From an uncultured Treponemataceae bacterium (GTDB lineage Bacteria; Spirochaetota; Spirochaetia; Treponematales; UBA12059), in the NCBI GenBank assembly GCA_964482955.1, contig CAYZZW010000004.1, positions 5,653-69,652 of the forward strand: 64,000 nt of DNA. The letters are read 5' to 3'. The notes under the pieces were generated by a model. The model worked only from the letters and a program-made list of their open reading frames with translations, made no database searches and had not been told where the DNA came from. Made by a program: the position numbers and the translations under genes. Shown piece after piece: positions 43,609 to 51,648 of the stretch. Within the stretch, counting starts at the first letter, position 1, and every line of letters starts with the position of its first letter.

Positions 43609-45896
43609 TCTTCCACTCCTTTGTCCGACGCGGACGTCCGTCCGGATCGGGTTCGTTGCCGTTCGTCGGGCAGGTCTTTCGAAAGGAAGACCGTGCGGCC
43701 GAATTTCGTCTCGTGCCAGTCGCCGTCAGGACCCGGCTCCGGGGCTGCGGCGAGCGCGGCCTTGAAGTCGAGCGAGAGCGCGAGGCTCGACTGGCGGTCG
43801 TAGGACCGCGAGAGGGCGTAGGACGCGGCCAGGCTCACGCCCGTACCTGAAACCGTGAAGGACGCGGCGTCGTTACGGACGGAAAAGCCCGCCCAGCCGT
43901 CGCAGACGTGGAGGCACGCGTCCAGGAACACGCGGTAGCCCGTCTTGCCGCGCGAGAGGCGGTCTGCCTTGGCCTGCAGTTCCGCCACGCGCGAGAGGAT
44001 GGCCTCGGCGCAGTCGAGGGCCGCGTCCGCGGAGCCGGCCTCCGCCTCGGGATAGTTCCACACGCCCATGATGTCGTCGGTCGGGCCGAGGACGTGCATG
44101 CCGTTCCGCCGCTCGACCTCGTCGAACACGGCGGCCGTCATGTCTTCGCGCACTTCCGCGTGGAACACCTCGTCGAATTCCTCGTCTCCCGAGCGGGGCG
44201 TGCGCTTGAGGACCACCGCCATGATGACGAGGCCGCGCTTCATGGCGGGCTTGTGCCATTCGGGGATGCTCTTGAGGGCGGCGAGCTTGTCCCAACCGAA
44301 GAAGCGCGTGGACGCGGTCTCGAGGATGTCGTTCCGCGTCATCGTGTAGATGAAGCGCACGAGCGCGGTCAGGCTGAAGCCGAGCAGGGTGGCGGCCACC
44401 ATCGCGCGGACCGCGAGGAAGATCCCGAGGCAGAAGAGCGCGAACGAGAGGACCATCATGCCGGCGACGCAGAGCGCGGCGAAGAAGAGGCTCTTCGCGA
44501 CGCTCTTCCGCCAGGAGACGAGGGCGGCCGCGGCGAAGGCGACGGCGGAGACGAGGGCGGCGATCCAGTCCGGCATCCTGTCCATGAAGAAGCGGTTGCG
44601 GAGGTTCGACAGCGCCACGACGTGGCCCATGACGCCGAGCGAGGCTTCGCGCTGGTAGGTGAAGGAGTTCTCCGGGGCGGCCGGCGACGCCATCGTGTCG
44701 TTCCGCTCGCCCTCGCCGAGCAGGTACTCGGGCATGAGGTCGGGCGCGACGAAAAAGTAGCGGACCGGCCCCGGCTTCGACTCGCTTCCGAGCGCGGTCT
44801 TCTCCCAGTTCGCGATGTCGCCGTAGCCGTTGGCCACGCCGCCGAAGGGATCGCCCGGGTCGAGGGGCTTGCGGACGGTCGAGAGCCAGAGGTAGTGGGG
44901 CTTGAAGCGGTCGTCGCGGATGTCGGACCGGGAGAAGAAGTTGTAGTAGGTGAGCGAATAGAGGGACGCCGGGCTGCGGCCGATGCGCTCGAGGAGCTTG
45001 CGGGCGATGACGTCGTCGACCTCGGTACCCGCGGCGGCGGCGGCTTCGGCGGCCGCGGCCGAGGGCACGTAGCCCGAAAAGCCCTCGTAGAAGTCGGTCG
45101 CGAAGTTCCAGCCGCCCTCCGGATTCTCCTCCATGATCTCGCCGACGACGTACATGGCCAGGGGCAGCGAGTAGAAGGCCTTGCGCGAGCCCGAGCCGAA
45201 GATGGGGGCGTAGCCGACGGCGATCTGCGACCCGCCGTCCGCGTCGTTGCCCGAGCGCATCGTCGCGTCCATGCGGTGGATGTGCCCGAGGAAGAGCCGT
45301 TCCATGGCGTCCGGGTGGCGGTTCATGAGCGCGTTGAACAGCTGCGACGAGCGGAGCGTCGTGAGCGAGTCCGGGCGCTTGGCGATCATGCTGCCGGCCA
45401 CGACGAAGACGTTGGGCGGCAGTCGCTCCACGGCTGACAGGAATTCGTCGAGGAGCCAGGTGTCCCGCTCGGCGAGCGCGAAGGGATAGTCCACGCCGAC
45501 CACGACGCGCTGGCCGGGCCTCGTGGCCGCGTACTCGCCGACCGCGGCGAGCGCCTCGCCGATGAGGCCCACCGTGACCGACAGGGTGTCCGAGGGCGGC
45601 GCCACGGGCTTTCCGTCCGCGTCGCGGCCGACGGGCAGGCCCGCGAGCCGGGCTTCCTGGTCGACGCCGATGCAGACGATGTCTTTCAGGAAACGCTCGG
45701 CGTTCCGTTCGGTGAGGAGGGCGTTCCGCGCGCGCGTGTAGGCGGCGTACTGGTAGAGCGGGTTCGAGAGGAAGAGGAGCCCCCACACGAACACGAAGAG
45801 GCTCGCGAGGATGTTGATGGCGGTGTCGATGAAGAGCGGCGCCGCCTTGAGTTCGCCCGCGATCGGCCGGAAGCGCAGGAACGATGGAAGTTTCAT
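43605..45896 (-). CDS. CHASE2-type membrane sensor with C-terminal degenerate class III nucleotidyl-cyclase-like domain
   Basis: 763 aa. An N-terminal TM is followed by a ~400-aa extracytoplasmic region (IVCIGVDQEA..., VVVGVDYPFA...). Three TM segments come next, then a 210-aa C-terminal domain that aligns by eye to the cyclase homology domain. Confidence 0.55.
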   Translation of the reverse strand: MKLPSFLRFRPIAGELKAAPLFIDTAINILASLFVFVWGLLFLSNPLYQYAAYTRARNALLTERNAERFLKDIVCIGVDQEARLAGLPVGRDADGKPVAPPSDTLSVTVGLIGEALAAVGEYAATRPGQRVVVGVDYPFALAERDTWLLDEFLSAVERLPPNVFVVAGSMIAKRPDSLTTLRSSQLFNALMNRHPDAMERLFLGHIHRMDATMRSGNDADGGSQIAVGYAPIFGSGSRKAFYSLPLAMYVVGEIMEENPEGGWNFATDFYEGFSGYVPSAAAAEAAAAAGTEVDDVIARKLLERIGRSPASLYSLTYYNFFSRSDIRDDRFKPHYLWLSTVRKPLDPGDPFGGVANGYGDIANWEKTALGSESKPGPVRYFFVAPDLMPEYLLGEGERNDTMASPAAPENSFTYQREASLGVMGHVVALSNLRNRFFMDRMPDWIAALVSAVAFAAAALVSWRKSVAKSLFFAALCVAGMMVLSFALFCLGIFLAVRAMVAATLLGFSLTALVRFIYTMTRNDILETASTRFFGWDKLAALKSIPEWHKPAMKRGLVIMAVVLKRTPRSGDEEFDEVFHAEVREDMTAAVFDEVERRNGMHVLGPTDDIMGVWNYPEAEAGSADAALDCAEAILSRVAELQAKADRLSRGKTGYRVFLDACLHVCDGWAGFSVRNDAASFTVSGTGVSLAASYALSRSYDRQSSLALSLDFKAALAAAPEPGPDGDWHETKFGRTVFLSKDLPDERQRTRSGRTSASDKGVEE

Positions 45897-45923
45897 GGGG
45901 ACGCCGCCTTTCCGTCGCCGGGA

Positions 45924-45951
45924 AGTATAGCAAGTTAGCCGAAAGCGTCAA
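45924..45951 (-). promoter_or_regulatory. Candidate sigma-70-type promoter of the CHASE2 operon
   Basis: The reverse strand reads TTGACG (45951-45946)-N16-TATACT (45929-45924), ~28 nt upstream of ATG 45896. Confidence 0.5.
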
Positions 45952-46002
45952 GTTTCGCGTCCGCCGAGGTCGCCCCGCCGCCATCGCCGCGGGCCGCCGC
46001 GC

Positions 46003-46030
46003 TTGCGTTTTCGGGCGCATCGCTTATGCT
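46003..46030 (+). promoter_or_regulatory. Candidate sigma-70-type promoter of the eight-gene cluster
   Basis: TTGCGT (46003-46008)-N16-TATGCT (46025-46030), 63 nt upstream of ATG 46093. Confidence 0.4.
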
Positions 46031-46092
46031 GGAAACCGGGCGGGGATCCGGTCGCCCGCCCCCGATCCCGACCCGAGAGGAAGCGTCCGACC

Positions 46093-47529
46093 ATGGAAAA
46101 ATTCGCCAACGACACCTTCATCGTCCCGAACGACGGGCGGATCGACGACATTCCGGCCGGCTTCGAGCCGCGCGCCTTCGGGCTCCAGTTCATCCCGTTG
46201 CTCCGGGTCCGGATCAACCGCGTCGACACGCTCCTCATGAAGCCCGGCGGGGCGGGCTGGTCGGGCTACAACGTCGAAAGCGTCCGCGTGCCCGTCCCCG
46301 CGGGGCGCGACGCCTTCCTCGCCGCCCGCGACGCGGCGCTCGCCGCCCTCCGGTCCGGCCCGGGCTGGGACGCGGCGCTCGATCGGGCGCTCGCCGCCGC
46401 GCTGCCAGGCTCGGGCTTTTCGATACGCCGGCTCCTCGACGACCTCCTCCGCGACTTCGGCATGGACGCCGCGCGCGCGGGGAACGCCGTGCGCCTCGAG
46501 CCGTTTTCCGAGCCGCCGCACGTCCTCTATTCGGCGTGGGACGACGCCGCCGGGGTCCCGACGCTCTACGCGGCGGTCTTCCTCAAGCTGGTCGTCGAAA
46601 CCGACGACGACTCCTTCCTCGAGTACCGCAACCTCGAGTACGTGCCGATCGGCTTCTTTTCGCCGGCGCTGCGCTTGCACCCGCGCTACGCCCTCCACAC
46701 GGCCGTGATCGCCCTGTTCCGGAAATACGGACTGCCCGTCGCCGGCTCCGTCTGCGACGAGATTCCGGTCCACGTCTGGAACATGCGCCGCCGCCAGGCC
46801 GACGCGATCACCTTCGCGTGCGATCTTTCCTATTATTACGACAACGTAGGCGATCCCCAGCTCTTCGAGCGCGGTTTCTTCCCGCCCAATCCGGAAAGCC
46901 GGGAAGAGCGCTTCCTCGCCGACCTGCGCGCCCTCGTCGACGAAGGCTTGCGCCCGGACCTGTTCGGGCCGCGCGCGCTCGCCCTGCTCGACGGCTACGC
47001 CATCGAGGCGCTCGTGCGGAGCGGCATGTTTTTCCGCTCGTACTCGCCGGGCATGTTCGCGGGCATCGTGGAGACGTCCGATCTGGACGACGGCGAAGGC
47101 CGCAGTTCGCTGTCGCCGTTCCACGCCTTCGCCGACCTCGCGCGGTTTTTCCGCCGCGTTCGCGTCGTCATCGACCGCAAGCGCATCGACGCGGTCGGGC
47201 CGCTCTACGACGATCCCGAGCGCTGGTTCAACCTCCGCCGGGACATCGTCCCCTTCGACGCCGAGCGCGAGCTGGCGCGGGCCGGCTCCTTGCTCGAGCG
47301 CGCGCCGGTGCCCGCGGCCTCCGGGGCCGCCGACACGGGCTTCAGGCGATACGGACTCGTCCTCACGGAGGCGGCCGCCTCGTATGTCGACCTTTCGGGG
47401 ATCCTGACCGGCGAGGACGGGCGCCCGGCGACCGCCGTCGAGCCCGGATCGCTCTACGTCGCGAGCCGCGACGACGCGCTCTATTGCTACCGCGCGGGCG
47501 GCGAGACGTTTATATGGAGGAAAGCATGA
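46093..47529 (+). CDS. Cytoplasmic hypothetical protein (cluster gene 1)
   Basis: Track ORF 46003-47529; the preferred start is ATG 46093, after GAGAGGAAG. The 478-aa product has no signal peptide or TM. I recognise no motif. Confidence 0.6.
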   Translation: MEKFANDTFIVPNDGRIDDIPAGFEPRAFGLQFIPLLRVRINRVDTLLMKPGGAGWSGYNVESVRVPVPAGRDAFLAARDAALAALRSGPGWDAALDRALAAALPGSGFSIRRLLDDLLRDFGMDAARAGNAVRLEPFSEPPHVLYSAWDDAAGVPTLYAAVFLKLVVETDDDSFLEYRNLEYVPIGFFSPALRLHPRYALHTAVIALFRKYGLPVAGSVCDEIPVHVWNMRRRQADAITFACDLSYYYDNVGDPQLFERGFFPPNPESREERFLADLRALVDEGLRPDLFGPRALALLDGYAIEALVRSGMFFRSYSPGMFAGIVETSDLDDGEGRSSLSPFHAFADLARFFRRVRVVIDRKRIDAVGPLYDDPERWFNLRRDIVPFDAERELARAGSLLERAPVPAASGAADTGFRRYGLVLTEAAASYVDLSGILTGEDGRPATAVEPGSLYVASRDDALYCYRAGGETFIWRKA

Positions 47530-49358
47530 ACCGAATCGCGAAAGCCGCGGCGCTCGCCGCGATGGTCCTCGTCGCGGTCGCGACGGTGTCCGCGCAAAAA
47601 CCGGTGGAGCTCGGGTACGACGCGTTCGCGAAGCTGCTGGCCGGCCAACCGACGCCGCTCTCCGCGCTCATGCGGCCGAAAGGTTCCTACGAGATCGTCG
47701 GCAGCAAGGAATTCTACGACCTCCCGAACAACGTCATCCTCCGCGAGGACTGCATCCAGCTGCCCGAAGAGCAGGTGAAGTACCTCGAGGAGTACAAGAA
47801 GCACCTCGGCAAGGCCATGGGCACGGTGATCGAGTTCCTCTTCGACAAGGACGTGACGGACCGCTTCGACGATTCCTTCTATTACGCCTATACCTTCCAG
47901 GAACCCTCGCAGGGTAAGCTCAGGCTCAACGCCGATTACGCCGCGCTCGTCATGGCGCAGCGGCATTTCCCCCGCGCGATCGAATTCACCTTCTGGCCGT
48001 GGACGGACCAGGGCAAGGTGAACGGCCTCTACATCGACTCGGGGCCGAGCCAGGGCGGGATCATCCAGCTGTCGCTCTTCGACACCTTCCAGCAGGACGC
48101 GGTTCTGAAGGCCGTGAAGGCGCAGGATCCGGGCTGGAAGTACGCCGATCCGTATTCCTCGGTTTTCGGCGCGATGCAGAAGGCCGGCGTGGCGGAGCGC
48201 ATGCCGATCGTGCAGGTCTTCCTCCACGAGGGCACGCACGCGGTGCTCCAGTTCTCCCGGGGGCAGGGTTTCGAGGAGAACGACCGCAGGCTTTTCGAGG
48301 GCGTGACCGAGTTGCTCGCGCTCCGCGCCGCGCACTGGTTCTCCGCCGGCTACGAGGACTTCATCGACGTCTTCGCGTACCCGGGCGGCGTCTTCATGGC
48401 GTCGCTGCTCTTTTCGATCGATCCCCAGGGACTGCTCGAGTGGTACACGCGCGGCAAGCCGAACGCCGACGCCGCGTTCGCCGAGAGCATGGCGGCGAAG
48501 CTGTCGGCCATCCGCGACGTGCGGGGCGGCACGCCCGCCCTCGACCCGACGCGCGCCGCCGCGTTCAAGGAGGCGTTCAAGATCGCGTACCTGGACGGCG
48601 CGGCGCTCAAGCGCGAGCAGTACTGCGCGCCCTTCGCCGACTACTGCGACCTCAAGATCCTCTGGGACTGGATCCGGGAGAACGGCACCTACTTCAACCA
48701 GATGCCGCTCAAGCTCCGGCTCTTCGTCGTTTCCAACTTCTTCGGCCTCGACGCCTTCCGCGTCGGTCCCGATCCCAAGCGCTTCGAGCAGCAGGTGCGC
48801 GACGCGCTCTCCAAGGCCGAGCGCAAGAACTGGAACAACACCGTGGAGAAGGAGATCGAGGGGCTCGTGCGCGATCCGGGCGGCGAGACGACGGACGCGA
48901 GTCCCCTCGGCATCATGGTGTCCCAGCCGAAGAAGGACGCGAGCGAAGAGGAGAAGATGGAGGGCGCGAAGGAATCCAAGGTGCTCGACTCCAACTCGGG
49001 CGTTTCGGGCGGGCCCGAGGAAGAGCGGTGGAAGAAGGAGAAGGTCAAGACGTTCGTCCCCGACCAGGCCGAACAGCCGCGCTCCTCGTTCCCGCCGGTG
49101 GACAAGTGGTTCGCCGAGTACTGGAAGAAGAACGGGAAGCCGGCCGACGCGGAATACGGCAAGCGGCGCGACGCCCTCGTCGCCGTGTTCACGCTGACCG
49201 GGGTCGACCAGATCACCGATTTCGTGATCGCCTCGAAGCTGTCGAAGCAGGCGGCGCTCGAGTGGCTGGCCTTCCTCGACACCTACATCGCGCCGAACCT
49301 GAGCAAGGGCAAGGACTCGCTCCGCATCCCGCAGGTCCGCATGAAGACCGTGTACTGA
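47526..49358 (+). CDS. Secreted putative zinc metallopeptidase, gluzincin-like HExxH...E (cluster gene 2)
   Basis: This is the tail of shadow ORF 46026-49358. ATG 47526 overlaps the gene 1 stop codon (ATGA). The signal peptide is MNRIAKAAALAAMVLVAVATVSAQ. The motif VFLHEGTHAV places HEGTH at 48225-48239. A Glu in LFEGVTELLA lies 20 residues after the second His (codon 48297-48299). Confidence 0.6.
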   Translation: MNRIAKAAALAAMVLVAVATVSAQKPVELGYDAFAKLLAGQPTPLSALMRPKGSYEIVGSKEFYDLPNNVILREDCIQLPEEQVKYLEEYKKHLGKAMGTVIEFLFDKDVTDRFDDSFYYAYTFQEPSQGKLRLNADYAALVMAQRHFPRAIEFTFWPWTDQGKVNGLYIDSGPSQGGIIQLSLFDTFQQDAVLKAVKAQDPGWKYADPYSSVFGAMQKAGVAERMPIVQVFLHEGTHAVLQFSRGQGFEENDRRLFEGVTELLALRAAHWFSAGYEDFIDVFAYPGGVFMASLLFSIDPQGLLEWYTRGKPNADAAFAESMAAKLSAIRDVRGGTPALDPTRAAAFKEAFKIAYLDGAALKREQYCAPFADYCDLKILWDWIRENGTYFNQMPLKLRLFVVSNFFGLDAFRVGPDPKRFEQQVRDALSKAERKNWNNTVEKEIEGLVRDPGGETTDASPLGIMVSQPKKDASEEEKMEGAKESKVLDSNSGVSGGPEEERWKKEKVKTFVPDQAEQPRSSFPPVDKWFAEYWKKNGKPADAEYGKRRDALVAVFTLTGVDQITDFVIASKLSKQAALEWLAFLDTYIAPNLSKGKDSLRIPQVRMKTVY

Positions 49359-49371
49359 ACGGAGCCGCCCG

Positions 49372-51648
49372 GTGTTTCAGGCCATGTCCAAGATCCGCGC
49401 GGCGCTCGCCGCTGCCTGCCTCCTCGCCGCGTCGCCCGCGTTTCCGCAGGGCGGCGCCGCGCCGGGCGACGCGTACTCGCGCCTGTCCGAGCGCTTCGTG
49501 TCCGAGCTCGGCGATCCGGCGCGCCTCAAGGCGTACGCGCTCCGTCCGGCGCCGGACACGAACGGGCTGTCGGTCGACGAGCTTATGCTCCATTTTTCCG
49601 AGGGCGCGTCCGACCTCGACGCCCTGGGTGAACAGTACGCCTCCGTCCTCGAACGGATCGACGCGGGCATGGCGGAGGCGGACGCGAAGGCCGCGTGCGG
49701 CTTCGAGCTCCTGTCGCTCTCGCTCGTCTTCGAGGAGTTCAAGAAGTCGCCGGCCCTGGTTTCGGGGATTCTCCCGGCGGGAGGACTCCCGGGGCTCGCG
49801 CTGTTCGCGGAAAAGCCGGCGGTGGACCGCTTCGTCGCCGCAGCGCGCGCGTTCGGCGCTGAGGCGGACAAGCGCTTTTCCGGCCGGCAGCCGGACATCG
49901 CCGCGTTCGTCGCCTCGTACCGCGCCAAGGAAAAACTGTCCTACGACGACCGCAAGGCCCTGATCGGGCTCATGAGCTTTTCGCGCGAGGCGGTGAAGCG
50001 CCACTTCGACCGCGCGCTCGACGCGAAGGACGCCGTGGGCAAGGTCCGCGCCTTCCTCAAGATCTACGGCGAATACCTCTCGTTCTCCGCTCAGCCCGCC
50101 GAAGAGGAGTTCGCCGGCCTTCTCTCGGCGCTCTTCGACCGGCGGATCGCGGGCACGCTCGCGCTCTCGGAGGCGGACGTGAAGGCGGCGCTCGCCGTCG
50201 CGTCGGCCTCGCTTTCCGCGGAGAACAAGTACCGGGCGTGGGTGCTGTCGGACAAGGCCGCCTGGGCCGACGCCGCGGCAGCGGCCGTCAAGGGCGCCGC
50301 GCCGCTCAAGGCCTTCTACCAGAAGCTCGACGCCGATTCGCTCAACGCGCTCGTCGCCGCCGATTTCGAGGGCGCCGCCGCGTTCGCCGCCGCCGCCCTG
50401 GACCAGCTCAAGCGCTCGGGTTCGGCGAAGGCAGGCGAGCTCCTCGCCGGCTTGCGCGCGGAAACCGGCTATGCGCTCGCCGCCGCGGACGGCCGACTCG
50501 GCGCTCCCGCGGTCAGGGATCTGGTCGCGCTTCTCGACAAGGCGCCGGCCCCGGCGGGCGGCGTCAATCCGTACCCGCTCCTCCGGAAACTCTACGACCG
50601 GCTCGATCCGGACGCAACCAAGGCGGCGCGTTACGCGATCCAGTCGTATCCCGGGTATTTCGCGCTCGTTTTCCTCCGCGACCGCGCCGCGGCCCTGCCC
50701 GAGACCGCCCTGCCGGCGGACAAGGCGACGCTCGCGCCCGCGCTCGCCGCCCTCGCGGCCAGGACGGCGGCCCTCGTCGACTCGGCGCGCCCGTCCTCGG
50801 TCCAGCCCTTCGACGGCGGCGAACCGGGCTTCCTGTTCGCGAACGCCGTCGCGCACGGGCCGGTCGCCCCCGAGTTCGCGAAAGCCTGCGATTCGATCTT
50901 CGCGCTCAGGCGGAAACGCGCGCCCGAGCGCCGCGATTTCTACCTGCCCTTCGCGGTCTTCGCCGCCTCCGATCCGGCGCACGAAACGCTCGACTACCTC
51001 CGGGGCGGGCTCCCGTCGCGCTCGCTCGGCCGCCTCTTCATGGAAACCGGCCGCTTCGACGAGGTCGTCGCCGTGCTCGCCCTCGACGACGCGGGCGTCC
51101 TCGTCGCGGCCGACCTGCCGCTCCAGGTGCTCCAGTACCGCATGGCCCTGTCGGGACGGGACGCGTCCGCGCTGGTCCGCCTCGGGTCGCGCAACGCGGA
51201 GCTCAAGGCGCGCATGGATTCGGTGAGCGAATACCTGACCGCCGCGCGGGCGGCCGATTCCGGATTCCGGCCGCCGGCGAAGGAGCTGCTCGCCTACATC
51301 GCGGCGATGCGCGGGGCCGAGGGTGACCTCGCGGCGCCCGCCGTGAACGCCGCGAACGCCGAAGCCGTGCTCGACCTGGCCGCCGCGGTCGTCGTCCTCT
51401 GGGACGCGTCGATACCGCGCGGACGCGGGGCGCCGGTGACGGGATCGTACGCGTACAGGCTCGTGGAAGTCGTCGTCGACTGGGTGGACTCGGGCGCCAA
51501 GGGCGCGGACGCCGACGCGCGCGACGCCCTCGAGGCCTTCGCCGACTGGGAGTACAAAGGCGTCCTCACGAAGGAGCGGTTCGGGGAGGCGCGCAAGAAC
51601 GCCGTCGATCTCGTCCAGCTCGTGGACGCGATCGGATTGGGACTCTGA
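49372..51648 (+). CDS. Secreted Ala-rich helical hypothetical protein (cluster gene 3)
   Basis: 758-aa ORF. GTG 49372 lies seven nt after GGAG (49361-49364). The signal-like N-terminus is MFQAMSKIRAALAAACLLAASPAFPQG. I recognise no motif. Confidence 0.6.
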   Translation: MFQAMSKIRAALAAACLLAASPAFPQGGAAPGDAYSRLSERFVSELGDPARLKAYALRPAPDTNGLSVDELMLHFSEGASDLDALGEQYASVLERIDAGMAEADAKAACGFELLSLSLVFEEFKKSPALVSGILPAGGLPGLALFAEKPAVDRFVAAARAFGAEADKRFSGRQPDIAAFVASYRAKEKLSYDDRKALIGLMSFSREAVKRHFDRALDAKDAVGKVRAFLKIYGEYLSFSAQPAEEEFAGLLSALFDRRIAGTLALSEADVKAALAVASASLSAENKYRAWVLSDKAAWADAAAAAVKGAAPLKAFYQKLDADSLNALVAADFEGAAAFAAAALDQLKRSGSAKAGELLAGLRAETGYALAAADGRLGAPAVRDLVALLDKAPAPAGGVNPYPLLRKLYDRLDPDATKAARYAIQSYPGYFALVFLRDRAAALPETALPADKATLAPALAALAARTAALVDSARPSSVQPFDGGEPGFLFANAVAHGPVAPEFAKACDSIFALRRKRAPERRDFYLPFAVFAASDPAHETLDYLRGGLPSRSLGRLFMETGRFDEVVAVLALDDAGVLVAADLPLQVLQYRMALSGRDASALVRLGSRNAELKARMDSVSEYLTAARAADSGFRPPAKELLAYIAAMRGAEGDLAAPAVNAANAEAVLDLAAAVVVLWDASIPRGRGAPVTGSYAYRLVEVVVDWVDSGAKGADADARDALEAFADWEYKGVLTKERFGEARKNAVDLVQLVDAIGLGL

